A stretch of DNA of 64,000 nucleotides, taken from assembly GCA_024679065.1 (NCBI GenBank), contig JAGIQG010000003.1, positions 95,046,001 through 95,110,000 on the forward strand, in the 5' to 3' direction. Both the position numbers and the translations under genes were made by a program. The notes below the pieces were generated by a model, which was not told the DNA's origin, ran no database searches, and was given only the letters and a program-made list of their open reading frames with translations. The DNA comes from Sphyrna mokarran. Taxonomy: Eukaryota. How positions within the stretch are numbered: position 1 is the first letter of the stretch; every line of letters begins with the position of its first letter. Positions 24,715 through 37,779 of the stretch are shown piece after piece.

Positions 24715-25690
24715 ATCAGGTGTGGAATTTAGTGGATATGGCAGGGATGCAAGGCTGTCAGATGGCTAAGAGCTACTGGCAAATTAGAAACTGACACATC
24801 TTCTAGAACGAGCAACAGTTCAGGGAGAGGTGATCACCGCCAATCCTACAATGTGCCTATCCCAGGAATCATCACTAGAGCTCTAGGTGAGTCAGGTGGG
24901 GTCTGCAGGGCCAGATGAAGACTACAGTGAGAGAGTAAATGTAAAAGGTTGTGGGACAGGGGCAAGGAGGAGGGGGGTGAGGCTCATAGTCTAGGCCTGT
25001 CTGTTTCTGAGCATGGGTGCTTTTGTTGTGGCAAGGGGCACACACACGATGGGTTGTGAGAGGGCTGCTCTTGGATTTTTTCGAGAGTATTCTCGTGCTT
25101 CACGTCGTTAGTGTACGCTTGACCTGGACCATTTGATGGGCAACATGACAGCTCAGTGACTATCGCTGTGCTGTGCAGATACATTGATTTGGGCCTGTGC
25201 CTGTGGGAGTTTATGCATTCTCCCCGTGCTTGCGTGGGTTTTCTCCAGGTGCTCCAGTTTCCTCCCACATCCCAAAAATCTGCTCTTAGGCTAATTGGCA
25301 AAACAAATTCTCCCTAAATTGGCTCAAATTTGGTTTTTAATCCATAGATCTATAAACATAGACAGGGATCACGGGTAGAGGTGGGAACATCAGGGTGGCG
25401 GCGTGGGCTCGTTGGGCTGAAGGGCCTGTTTCCCGTGCTGTTTTGTTCTTTGTTCTTTGACTGATCTCTCCTATTAGGTCTCAGGCCTACATGACTGAGC
25501 TTTTCTGGTGAAGGCCATATAGTGTGGTCCCCACCCGCGCCTGGTTAAATACCAGTGGTAACAAGATCAACTTCTTAAATGGCCACATTCACATCTCAAT
25601 TGGCCTCCAAACCACTTTTTGAGCCTTTCCACTACGGACGAATTTGGAGGGAGGTGGGAAGGCAACAAGATTTCCTTTTTGCCCAATCAC
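24715..25690. mobile_element. Degenerate non-autonomous Harbinger-like element hosting a younger SINE insertion
   Basis: ggtgtggaattt start and family blocks (ggttaaataccagtgg, cttaaatggccac, aattggcctcc). Confidence 0.45.
25138..25458 (+). mobile_element. Divergent V-SINE, tail type C
   Basis: V-domain (ttctccccgtgcttgcgtgggttttctccaggtgctccagtttcctcccacat), atypical internal part, and tail gggctgaagggcctgtttcccgtgctg..(tgttctt)n. Confidence 0.8.
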
Positions 25691-26139
25691 ACCACAACTC
25701 CCTACATTCAAATCCATCTCTGGACTGCTCAATATTCTGTCTCAAATTTCTTGTGTGGACATGGATCTTTCATACTTACATCGATACAATAGACAGCAAA
25801 GGGATTAGTCTTGAAAACAATGTTGCTCAGTGTGCTCTGAACCAATTAAAACATGTTCACAAAAAAAGTATTTTTTTTTATGATTTAATTTTCAATTTTA
25901 ATTACCTGGAGGCTACATTGAGTGGAAGCAAAATTCAGTGAACTTGGGGGATGCCAATATTACCAGAAATGGCACCAATGAGAGTTATTTCATTATTTGG
26001 AAATCTACCAGTCTCAGTGTCAGTTTCTGGCTGAGACTTGAGAGCAAAAAATGAGGTTCCCACATAGAGCTGAGGAAGAAAAGATGCATATGGTATTTCT
26101 GTCTAAAGAGAACTTTAATCTGTTGTAAAGCAATGCTTT

Positions 26140-26424
26140 AAAGTTTATTTATCAGTGTCACAAGTAGGCTAACATTAACATGGCAATGAAGTTATTGTGA
26201 AAATCCCCTAGTTGCTGCATGCTGATGTCTGTTTGGGTACACCAAGGGAGAATTTGACATGGTCAATGCACCTAACCAGCACACCTTTGGGACTGAGGGA
26301 GGAAACCGGAGGACATGGTGAGAACGTGCAGACTCCACACAGATCGTGACTGAGGCTGGAATTGAATCCAGGTCCCTGGCACTGTGAGGCAACAGTACTA
26401 AGGACAGTGTCACCATGCTACCCC
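26140..26424 (-). mobile_element. V-SINE, tail type B
   Basis: Reverse complement of head, V-domain and the ..cctacttgtgacactgataaataaacttt tail. Confidence 0.9.
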
Positions 26425-27307
26425 AGTGCTATGATTTTATATTGGAGAATTATATTGATTCATAATGGAAGACAGGAATATATATTAATTATACATTAGC
26501 ATTGTAAGCTATGCACTCATTGATTTTATAGTTTGATCATCCCTCAGCAAAGTCACAAAGAAAACCAGTGGAATTCTTGAGCATCTTTGGCATGAAGGTT
26601 TTGTATTGCCACAGGGCTTTTTAAGAGGCCAGTTTCGGCAACAACAAATCATCTATTGTTTGTATATGTAATGTGTGTGACTATAAATATTACCCTTCCT
26701 CTTTTGGTATGCAACACTGTTCATTCCATGGAACATCTTCCTCTCCTCCTCTTCCATCCCTCCACCCCCGATCCCACCCTCGCTCCCTCACCCCCCCCCC
26801 CTTGAATTGAGTATGCTAATCATTGGGGGAGGGGCAAATCATAAAATGATGATTGGAAGTTGCAGATAAAATAAAATGCAAATTTCGCTGAAAACACACA
26901 ATGTTTTCTGAATTATATGTGACAACTAAACTGTAATAAGTGTTTCAGCCGTTGAATCCGTGAGTCAGTCATGAGGTATATCACCTTCCAGTTTATATTT
27001 TGCAGAACTTTTTCCGAATATATACTTTAGTTATAAAATTTATAGAAGTATGTTACATGGCTATTCAACCTTGACTACATTAAGTGAAAAGCAAATCAGT
27101 TAATTTCAGTATTTTGTGTTACTCACTACATTTACAATTTCAGTTGTTATTTGCATCACTCATTTCATGTTAAACATCCAGCCCTCAGGCTTTTGCACAT
27201 CTCCAGCCATTCAGTATACTTTGGCAGGAGGGCCTTAGACAGTGTTCTTTCCTATTATGCCTTTGTGGCAGCCTTGCTAACATTTAATGCATCCTTTTGG
27301 ATGTATT

Positions 27308-27610
27308 TGGGCAACACAGTGGTAAGTACAGTAAGGACTTGAGTTTGATTCCCACCTTGAGTCACTGTCTGTGCGAAATTTACACCTTCTCCCTGTGTCT
27401 GCCTGGATTTTCTCTGAGTTCTCTGGTTTCCTCCCACAGTGTGGTTGTGCATTGGATGTGTTGGTTAGGTGCATTGGCCGTGTGAAATTTTCCCTCCGTA
27501 TACACAAACAAGCGCCAAAGTGTGGCGACCAGGGGATTTTCACTTAACTTCATTGCAGTGTTAATGTAAGTATACTAGTGATATCAGTAAATTAATTAAA
27601 GTAAACTAAA
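27308..27610 (+). mobile_element. V-SINE, tail type B, inserted in Tx1
   Basis: Head, V-domain and B tail present. Confidence 0.9.
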
Positions 27611-28177
27611 CTAGTTCTGGACCTTGGAATGTGCCAGGCTAAACGTTTGGTCATCAACAGGACCTGGCACTGGAAGATCAACAAGTTTTGAGCAGGCCAA
27701 AGAATATCTTTCACCGAGTTGATGGTTGTCCAGCCGCACTTGATGATTATCTCAGTGTTCGTCCTTGGGTACAGCCCATACAGCATAGAGCCCTATGTTA
27801 GAGAATTGTTTGGGATGCACCTCGACCAAAATCAGTGCATCTTTTTGTAGATTTGCAAAGATATACTCCAGAACGAGGCAGGCAATGGACTCTTTGCCAG
27901 CATGGATTGAGTGAGACTTTGGGTAAGCAGTAAGGATATGATGGGGAGAACATTTTCAACAGCAGCTAAGTTATATTCAGGAGCTTGTTTGAAAGTTTGG
28001 ACGATGAGGCATTCTCCCAAATGACTGACAATCTGTTCAGGAAATCGCCTAACAGGATATATCATTTTCTTTTGCCGCAGGGTCTTCAGGGTGCTATGTG
28101 TAGATTACAGCCTGCTGAACTTGGAGTCGTAGTGTTTTCTGCACAAATGTTTTGATGAGGTGCTTTTTGATGAGTGG

Positions 28178-28466
28178 CTCAGTGATGAGCACTGCTGCCT
28201 CACCTCACCAGAAATCTAGATTCAATTCTTGACTCGGGTCACTGTCTGTGCAGAGTCTGCACATTCTCCCCATGTCTGCGTGGGTTTACTCCGGTTTCCT
28301 CCCATAGTCTGAAAGATGTGCTGGTTAGGTGCATAGTCCACGATAAATTCTCCCTCAGTGTACCCGAACAGGTGCTGGAGCGTGGCAACTAGGGAATTTC
28401 ACAATAATTTCATTGCAGTGTTAATGTAAACCTACTTGTGACTCTAATCAAAATAAAATTTAAAAA
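28178..28466 (+). mobile_element. V-SINE, tail type B
   Basis: Head, V-domain, aaattctccctcagtgtacccgaacagg and B tail. Confidence 0.9.
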
Positions 28467-29299
28467 AACTATGACGGTCACAGTTCAGTGAAAGCATCGC
28501 AGGATTATATGCAATCACTTGTATTTCTAAGGCACTCTGTGTAGAGGCTGAGAGAGGAAAGGTGAAGAAATGTTTTATGGTACTTTATAAATGGCAGAGA
28601 ACAAGGATTTAATTTAGAGGAAAAAGGGTTAGAACAAAGAAGAATACAAATGTTTTGCCCCAACCATCCTATTAAAAAACAGATACAGATCATGTGTGGG
28701 ATTACTTTAATAGTAACCAGTGGTATTAGTCATGGGTAAGAATATGAATTTGGCACCTTTGGCTTCTGATCTTCCAGAAGCTTTGATTTCTCTTTGCTGT
28801 AGAATTGTTCTTTGGTGCCAGAAACATAATGTCGTTACCAATCCATTTGAAACAATGTCACTACAATTCATCGAGCAACTGCTCAAGTTGACATTTTCAA
28901 GACCTTTATAAAAATATTCATGTATAGAGCTGGCTTGGGAAAGATGACCTTCAATGCTCTAAGATTCCATAGCCTGATAACAAGCTTATTTTCACCTAGG
29001 GAAAATGTTAAGATTCAAGTACTTGAAATTTAGAAGCTACTGTAGCTTTACAGTTAGTATTGTCTAGTGCATGCCAATACTTTAAGGTGAAGGAAGAACA
29101 ATTGGAACAAGAATAACCATTAGCAAGTGTGCTACTTCCACTGGTTACTTATTATCTACTCTCTTACATATTTTCTCAAATCCATTTGATTTTATAGGTG
29201 TTGTCTGGGAGTTGATTAAACCATAAAGAATACATATTTTAAATATTCACAGAAATGCATTGTTAAGAATCATTTTCAGAAATGTTGATGTACCTAAAG

Positions 29300-30060
29300 G
29301 ATACTATTTATTATCCCATTCCTAGTTGCCCATGAAAACATGATTGTGGATCTTCTTGGACTCATGCAATCTGTGTAACAATGATGTTAGGTAGGAATGC
29401 TAGAACTTCCATTCAATGATAAAGAAAGAAATGTGATAATGCAGATGGCATACTAATTCATCACCTTTAACATTGTAAAACATCCCAAGGTGTTTTGCAG
29501 GAGTATTTGAAATAGAATTTAATATTGAACCAGATAAGGATATGTTATTGCTGATAACCAAAAGCTTGGACAAAGATGTAAGTTTTAAGTTGGGTCTTAA
29601 AAGAGGAAAATGAATAAATGTCATGAGTTTTAGAAAGAGAATTCCAGAGTTAAAGATATTGGCATCAGAAGACTTGGCTGCCAATGGCTGTACTTGGATG
29701 CATTGTTTCAATGAACATGCTAAATGCTGACGGTCATAAATTTGAGAGCAGCTGCCAAAGAAGCATTGACTACTTAGATAATACATTGGTCGCGGAGATA
29801 ATTATTGTTCAACCAATGGATGAGGTATCAGTCAAGAAGATTGTTTCACCCTGAATTGTATTACTCTTCTTGAATGTCAATGGAACTACATCTATTCAGG
29901 TAAATGGAGAGCAGTCTGTCATACTCCTGATTTATGCCTCATAAGTAATGGAGAGGCTTTGCACAACTCATAGGTGAGTAACCTCACCACCATTCAGCAA
30001 TGGTAATCCTATTCTATGTAAGAGGGCAGCAGCCATGCTCTGTCTTGATGGAGATATGCC
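29300..30060 (-). mobile_element. Degenerate CR1-clade LINE with a nested L2 3' tail (~29450-29690)
   Basis: ttatcccattcctagttgccc tail as at 19410. Nested cacctttaacattgtaaaacatcccaaggtgttttgcagg is a reversed L2 tail. Confidence 0.6.
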
Positions 30061-31149
30061 CAGAGACATTTGAAAAGCATATCTCCATTCATAGCGTAAT
30101 AAGAATAATGAATTAGCTACCTCAGAATCCAGATAATCTTTTAAAAGAAATCTGGATAACTGTTTGAAAAGGAAATTAGAAAGAATATTGGTAGTAAATT
30201 TGGGAGTGGGTTTAGCCTATATGGCTGATGACAAAGACTGACAAGCATACATATCAAAAGTTCAGTTCAGTTTCTCTGCTGTAACATTTGATAATTCTAT
30301 GAATCTCCCCAACTCACTTTGAAGAAGCAGTAATGGTAACACATAACAGAGTATGTCTTTAGAAGGAAGGCGAGAAAGCAAAGTTTAGTCATTAGAAGTT
30401 CGTACGCGGTCCTTTTCATTCACAAGCATTAAATTAACTGACAATCATTTACACTTCCATATTTACTCTGAGCCATTCATGCTTCAACATTTGCTAGCCT
30501 CAGATAATTGCTTGAAGCAAAAGGAAAAAAAGGCTCGATACAGGTTCAATGAAGTACAAAGGCTTTCCTCCAATTTCAGACAGCTCATTGAAGTGACTTA
30601 TTCTGCACCATTGTTTTGTTTTTCAAATTGTGTGGGGTTTGGGGTTCTGGCTGGTGAACAAAATGAAAGGGGACATTGTGCAAATTTATTTTGATGGGTT
30701 TTGTAAAAGAGCATGTCATACCCAGCAAGCGGTGTACTGCCAGTTAACTGGCAGTGACAGCACATATAGTGTATTTTCCACATATTACAGGTACTTCATT
30801 GAATGATTTATGGCATTTTGTCATTCTGGAACTTAGCCAAAAATCTCTTGCGGAGAATAATTATTTAACTATGCAAATTAATTCAGAGCGTATTTTAATC
30901 TGTTAATGGTCTTAGTGTTAGGATTTTTAGTTGTGGCAAATAGTTTGAATCCAAGTGCACAAATGATGTTTTAACAAGAATTGTTTTTGAAATTAATTTG
31001 ATATTCTGTTAATCAATTGTATTAATTTAAAATCTGATATTTGTAATGTCATCAATTAGTATGTTTGGCAGTGAAATGACAAGATGCTCTATTTATTTAA
31101 CTGAGGTCGTCATCACTTACACATTGGTAGGGTGACAAATGTGGACATT

Positions 31150-32102
31150 CTGGATGGAGTTTTCCCAAAATTGCACAGAATGCTGGATTAAGTGAGGCAA
31201 GCAGTGTGAAATTTATTGGTTTCACAGTTACCGGTTCCAGCCAGCTCAAGAAGCACTCCTGTCCAGTTTAAAGGCCAATAGGATTACATAACCAGCTTTA
31301 TGTTTTGGTGGACGTTCCTGAACATATCAGCAATGATAGTGCCTCTAGGAACCCTATGGGGAGATTCCCATTAAAGGGGAACTTTTATAAAGGATGCCCT
31401 GATCTCAAAGTGAAGTTAAAGGCACCCTCCATGCCCCCAGACATTGGATTCCCCCGCAGACAAAGGGAATACCCCTCTTCCCCCACAACACTCAAAGAAT
31501 GAGGGACAACCTCCCCCCCACCAATCAATGATCGGGTCACCCCCTCGCTAATCCCCAATACACTTAGGCATCAGGGTGATCTGACATGCCTCCACCCCGT
31601 CCCTATCCCCATTGCCACTGAATTCTGAGCACTGTCCCCATTCTTAATGTCCGCTACTGTCCACACCATGCAGGCACAACCCCACCTGGGTGATCAGAAT
31701 CCCCCAGTTGAGTTCCTAGAGGCACTAACCCAAGTCCTGTCCATGACCCCACCCCTTGCCCTGCCCCCACACTGCCCAGCCATGTCCCTCAATGCTAGTA
31801 GCCTCTGCTCAACGACACACCCCTGGCGTGGTTCCATTTTTGCAAAACCAGTGGTTATTCCTGCTGGTGTGATGTCACACCAAGGAAGCAGTGCATCTGA
31901 CATTGCCTGAAGATATGGCATAAAGCTGCTTAATGACATTTAACACTCCAAAGGTAATGAACCTGATCGCATCATTGGAGAGGACCTGGGAATATTGTGC
32001 TCAGTAATCACACTGGCATAAATCCCCTGTGGCCCTCTCTTGAGATTTAGCAGCCATAATGGGATTTGCACCTGCAGTGAACAGGCCCTGAGAATCATGC
32101 CC
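31150..32102. mobile_element. Non-autonomous Harbinger-like element
   Basis: Ends gagaatcatgccc. Sub-terminal tagcagccataatgggatttgcacctgcagtga is shared with 34875-34910. Confidence 0.6.
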
Positions 32103-32183
32103 TTTATTTTATTGTAAATTGGTGCTATCTCAGCAAAAATCAAATTTCAGCCTTTTTCTTGCTGAACAATGGCCAGATAAATA

Positions 32184-32336
32184 CTGGATGGATTTTCTGG
32201 CTCTTTCCTCATTGATGGGATCTTCTGGTCCCATCAAAGTCGGCCCATATGACGGGGTGGGCCAGCCTTGCAAAAGCCTATAAGATCCCACCAGCAGTCA
32301 ATGACACCACATCAGCCATAGGAAAACCCTTTGGCC
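32184..32336. mobile_element. Short Harbinger-like MITE
   Basis: ggatggattttctgg start; internal inverted tgggatctt / aagatccca. Confidence 0.5.
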
Positions 32337-32514
32337 AACGTCTTAGACTCATGTACTTAAAGTGCTTGAAATTTTGCTTCCCAATTACGACATATCTCCC
32401 TTACTGTGTCTTATAGTGTTCTACAGTGATGATTAAACAGTTGAAATTTTGCAATCTTTAGTGCCATTTTTATGCTTTTTTTTTACCCACTGTAGTCCCT
32501 GAAACAGAATCTGA

Positions 32515-32635
32515 AACACAAACAGAAAATGCTGGAAAATCACGTGACAGCTCTGACAAAGAGACATTCAGACTTGAAATATTAGTTCAGTCTTCTCCCC
32601 ACAAATACTGTCAGACCTGCTGAGATTTTACCATG
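32515..32635 (+). mobile_element. Penelope-derived short element with a decayed hammerhead motif
   Basis: aacagaaaatgctggaaaat..ctgacaaagagacattcagacttgaaatattag..tgtcagacctgctgagattt. Confidence 0.65.
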
Positions 32636-33339
32636 TCTTTCATACTCAGGTTAACTATTGACTCTCATTTGATACTGGAGTCGTACGGTATCCTAGACTA
32701 ATTAGCCTTCGTTTCTAATATCATCTGAACTTCCAGCATAAATCACAGCCCTACACACATTTGCAATCCAGTTGTTGTTTACAAAATATTACTTCTGAAG
32801 TTTATATAGTAATGAGCTCATTTGAAAAAAATCAATTAAGTTGGATTTTGATAACATAGTTAAAAAGTGGTCACTAGCATGTTTAGCTAATTATATTAGC
32901 CACTGCAAACCTTTAGGTATTTAAGTAATTGAGGAGGCACATGTAACAATATGCAATAAGAAATATGCTTGTCACATGTTATGTCTACACATTTTGAAGA
33001 AGCGTCCCTGTTAATTAATTTTCAATATTTCATAAATAATGGTCAACTTATAATGATTTCAAACCCTGTTCATTATTTCCAAATCCTGACAATTCTACCA
33101 GGAATTGGTAGAATAACACATTCTACCAATAACACATTGTGTTAACACATTAAACACCAGAGAGTCATCCTTCCCTTTTAAAATGGCTGCAATTAGTCTT
33201 GAAGAAAATAAGCCTACGGGCAAGATGAGCTGAACACCCCAGAGAAGTTACCTTTCAGGAAAATTTCAAAAGCTGAATCTTAAAGATTTCATCAAGACTT
33301 CTTTGGCTTTACCGTTTCAGAGGACCTAGACAGCAGGAA

Positions 33340-33577
33340 CATATGACCATCAGAGACTGCACGTTCAACTCCTATCCTGATTTGTAAACATAGTGTTGTC
33401 TTTGTTGCTGGATCAAAATTCTAGAACTCTGCGTCGCAGCACTATTGGTATACCATCACTATGTAGTGGTTTGAGAAGGTGGCTCACCACCACCTTCTCA
33501 AGGACAGTTAGGGATAGCCAATGAATGCTGACCACTCTTGCAACAACAACATCCCCTGAATGAATAAACATTAAAAA
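33340..33577 (+). mobile_element. CR1-clade LINE 3' tail (same family as 19360-20500)
   Basis: gaaggtggctcaccaccaccttctcaaggacagttagggatagccaatgaatgctg..tgaatgaataaa. Confidence 0.8.
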
Positions 33578-34504
33578 TATCCCAGTGATTTTTCTTGTAA
33601 AGCACAGCCGCGTGTGTTGTAAAGCAGCTTAAAAACTGTGACACGTATCTGGGTAAAATGTGAGAAAGCTTTTGGAGTTTATTGAAACAGCTGTTTCATT
33701 CCTGCCACATAATACATGCTACTCAAATCAACAGTAAGAAGTTAAATACTGTTCAAATTACAAACCATTCAATTTCAAGTTGTGAAGAAAACAACTCAAC
33801 AGCAATAAAGATAGTGTTAATGTTTTTACTTAACTGGATGGCAGGCTGGGTTAATATATTATACGCTACCTCTATGGACTTTTACCTCCTGAGTTTCAGT
33901 TCAGTTCAAAATAGTCATCTAAAAGTTTTCTGTCTGCAAAGGTCATGCTAATAGTAAGGATACTATAGACAGAGAATTTAAGCAGTTTGATCCTAACTTC
34001 TAATTCATTTCATATGATGCATCTCGCATCATAAACCATGCAATATTTTGGTTGGTCTATTTTAACTACCAGCAACATCCATCAATTTTCCTCCAGGACA
34101 TGGTTCATCACAATCCGATGACTTCAGCATCTGAATTGGTCATGTATTAGAACTGAATGAATTTATTGGATGTTTATTCTGTCAGTTATAATGCCCAAGC
34201 TCTCAAACATATCAGGGAATCCTCAGAAGCTATTTTGATGATTTTATACTGTGAGCTTTTATGACAGCAAAGACATTCAGATAAACAGAGAGAGCAAAAG
34301 GACCTCTTCGTTTATCAACAGGTTCACTCATCATCTTTCACATAGTGTTTTTGGCATCAATACAAGGCAGAAAAATTACAATTACGGAGCAATTATTTTT
34401 GTTGAACGAGTGTACTGTAAATATTTGCTGAGATAAAAGCAAGTTAGGGGCCTCAAACTTGTATTAGTTGATGGTTTTAAGAGATTAAATCCTTAAATGT
34501 GCAT

Positions 34505-34929
34505 GGGGCCATGTTTTGCGCTATTGTTCTTGAGGATTGGGGCCTAAAACTAATGAAAAACTTAGCTCCTCACTGACAATCTAATTCCTCACCCCAATCT
34601 GTCTTCACTGGCAGTTGCCTGTGCTTGGCCCTGACCAGTCATCTTGTCTGCTTTCGAGCAGTAATAATTCCTATTGGTGTGATATCATGCCAGTAAGGTC
34701 ATGGATGGTGGGGGAAACAATTGATGCCCCTTCAAAGATATGGTGTTATGCCATTTAGGAAATTTAAATCCATACAAATTGATGGTGATCAGCTTCACGT
34801 TTTCACTGGATGGTGGGGGCAGTGAAGATCTCATTATCTCCAGCGTAAATCACGTTATGGTCCTCTTGCGAGAGTTAGCAGCCATAATGGGATTGCACCT
34901 GCAGTGATTGGCCCAAAACATCACAGCCA
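34505..34929. mobile_element. Non-autonomous Harbinger-like element
   Basis: Imperfect inverted ends ggggccatgttttgcgc / ggcccaaaacatcacagcc; sub-terminal block shared with 32045-32080. Confidence 0.55.
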
Positions 34930-35039
34930 TTGTCTTCAGTTCCCCCACCATTCTATTTCTTGGCTATTGAATGGAATGCTCTGGCAATGGTTTGTGAATA
35001 AACCAAACAGTTCATATTTTTGCTGTCAAATCTGAGTTT

Positions 35040-35705
35040 CCAACTCCAGATCTATGCCATCAATATGACTTCAATATTGCTTGACTCAACATCTGCCTCA
35101 GCTCATCTGCTGCTCAAATCATCTTCATCTTTATTCTCTCCAGACATCTGTTGCAACATACTCAGTCTTCCCATATCATATCCTTGAACTTATCCAGATC
35201 TCTGCTACCCTCAGCCTTATTTTGCAATGTCCGAATCAGCCATCACAGCAGTGCTTTCTGACCCCTATTGTCTCCCAGGCAAGCAGCTTTTTAAAACTTT
35301 GCTAATATCATTTAAAAATTTTCATCCATATTCCTTTCTTGCCCTTTTCTCTCCCTCGCTTTGCAACCTCCTCCAGCCCCACAACTCTCTGAGATATTTG
35401 TAGTCATTTAATTTTGACCTATTGAGCATTCCCAATTTTAGTTGCTCTCCTATCAGTGTCCATGAACTCAGCTGCCTGGGTCCTGAGTTCTGAAGTACTC
35501 TCCACACTGCCTCTAAATTTCCCCCTCTCCCTTTCTTCCTCTTCAGACATTCTTTAAAACCTACTTTTTTGATTAAGTTTTTGACTTCTCCCCTAACATC
35601 TCCATACATGACTCCAAGTTAAATCTTCCTTATCTAGCACATCCAAAACTCTTTGTGACATTTTATTATGTTGAAAGCTATCCATAAGTATAAATTATTA
35701 TTGTT
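35040..35705 (+). mobile_element. L2 LINE 3' end
   Basis: tgcctcagctcatctgctgct, cttgaacttatccagatctctgct, tgcaacctcctccagccccacaactctctgag, and a ..aaattattattgtt tail. Confidence 0.8.
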
Positions 35706-36711
35706 AACTTCTCTTTTTAAGGTCACTGCTTACTATTCTCTGTGAGAATATTGTCCAAATCAGTCCCTCTAATTATCAATGTTTTGGAGACAAACCAGAT
35801 TATCCTAATCAGAAGACTCAACAAGAAATGACTGGTTTCAGTTCTTTTGTTTTAAAATTTTGTTGCGTTGTCCTATCAATATTCTGGTGATCACACTTTA
35901 AATGTGAGATTTGCGCGTCTTGAAAAACATATAAAAGACATTTGTTGGATTAAGAACACCCTCTTCATTTTCTCTTTAATAGTAAATAGCAAGCATTGTT
36001 TACCAACACAATGGTCAATGTGAAAGGGTTAAAAGCCTATTTTTGAATCCTGATCTGCACTTGAAATTGAGCTGGATTTAAATTTGCCCATTAAAGTAGG
36101 TAAAAATTAAAACCTGTGCAGCAAAACAAAAATACTTGCAATTAGATATTAACTTCATGAATATATTTTTAATCCTGTGCTCATACAGAAGCATAGAATG
36201 CTGCATGAAATGGTTTTTTCTCATGGAACCTTTGATTGTTATTATTCCCGTTAAATCAGTATCCTTTCCTTACTAATCCTTTCATCAACGCAAACAGTTC
36301 CTGTCTCTCTACCCATACCTATAATGATTTTGAACACATCTTTAAATCTTCTCTCCTGTAAGGAAGACAACCTTAGCTTCCCTAAAACATCTTTCAAGGA
36401 GGAGCAGCAATAGTGCAATAGATATCCTTCCAGATGGAAGTAACAAATCCACATCTTTCAGCCTGTTATGTACAAAATAAGACTACAAATCTGTGTGTTT
36501 CACTTCTGATCATACTTAAAATCAACCTGGAGATTCTAAATGCTGTTGTTAAGCAATCTGCTAGTTTGATATTGTTCAAATCCCTGCAGAGACTAATAAC
36601 TTTTAAGGAGAGAAATGGATTTCCCAAAACCAATGGAAAGAATCAAACAAGATTTCATGCTTTAAGAATTTTATTGGAATAATCAAACCAAAATCAACTT
36701 TGTCTAAGCAT

Positions 36712-37620
36712 GAGAACAACAGAACAAAGAAAATTACAGCACAGGAACAGATCCTTTGGGCCTCCAAGCCTGCGTTGACCATGCTGCCCAAATTAACTAA
36801 AACCCCCTACTCTTTCGGGGACCATATCCCTCAATTCCCATCCTATTCATGTATTTGTCAAAAAGCCCGTTAAAAGTCATTACTGTATCTGCTTCCACTA
36901 CTGCCCCCAACAACAAGTTCCAGGCAACCACCAGCATCTGTGTAAAACATCTGTCTTGTATATATCCTTTAACCCTTGCCTCTCACATTTTAAACCTATG
37001 CCCCGTAGTAATTGACTCTTCCACCCTGGGAAAAAGCTTCTGACTATCCACTCTGTCCATGTCTCTTATAATCTTGTACACTTCTATCAGGGCTCTCCTC
37101 AACCTTCGTCATTCCAGTGAGAACAAACCAAGTTTCCCCAACCTCTCCTCATGCCTTCCATATCAGGCAACATCCTGGTAATATTTTTCTGTACCTTCTA
37201 CAAAGCCTCCACATCCTTCTGGTAATGTGGTGACCATAATTGAACACTGTATTCCAAATGCAGCCAAACTAAGGTTCTATAAAGTTACAGCATGATTTGC
37301 CAATTTTTAAACTCAGTGTCCCAGCCAATGAAGGCAAGAATGCTGTATTTCTTCTTGACTATCTTCTCCACCTGCATCGCCACTTTCAGTGACCTGAGAA
37401 CCTGTACACCCAGCTCCCTTTGCCTCTCAATACTCTTAAGGATTCTGCAATTTACGTTGTGCTTTCTATCTGTATTAAACTTTCCAAATGCATTACCTCA
37501 TACATTTGTCTGGATTAAACTCCATCTGCATCCTCTCCACATAATTCTCCAATTGATCTATATCCTGCTGTATCCTGTTCTGGTCTTTATCGCTATCCGC
37601 AAATCCATCAATCTTTATTT
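36712..37620 (-). mobile_element. HER1/CR1 LINE, 5'-truncated ~0.9 kb
   Basis: Reversed ORF2 C-terminus (LEYSVQLWSPHYQKDVEA) and tail gaggcccaaaggatctgttcctgtgctgtaattttctttgttct. Confidence 0.9.
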
Positions 37621-37779
37621 AGTAGGCAATTCATACACTAAATATAGAAAAGGTGCTTCTTCATTAACTAATTAACACTACCAAAAATATTCATATATAC
37701 ATTACGACACTATCAGCAGACACATAACCTTATTGATAAAGTTAAAATATTTCCTGGCAATTTAACAGACTCTCTTTTT

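Larger units (their letters stand above)
27232..28550 (-). mobile_element. Tx1/L1-clade LINE ORF2 C-terminal remnant, split by two V-SINEs
   Basis: Minus frames: TLKTLRQKKMIYPVRRFPEQIV, MLYGLYPRTNTEIIIKCGWTTINSVKDILWPAQNLLIFQC and, beyond the SINE, YIQKDALNVSKAATKA. These match the recalled shark Tx1 end (LYGLFPGTHTETNINCAWRTINSVKDALWSARNLLIFQ...YVLRDALKLGAAAAKAQWGK). The extension to 28468-28550 is weaker. Confidence 0.85.
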
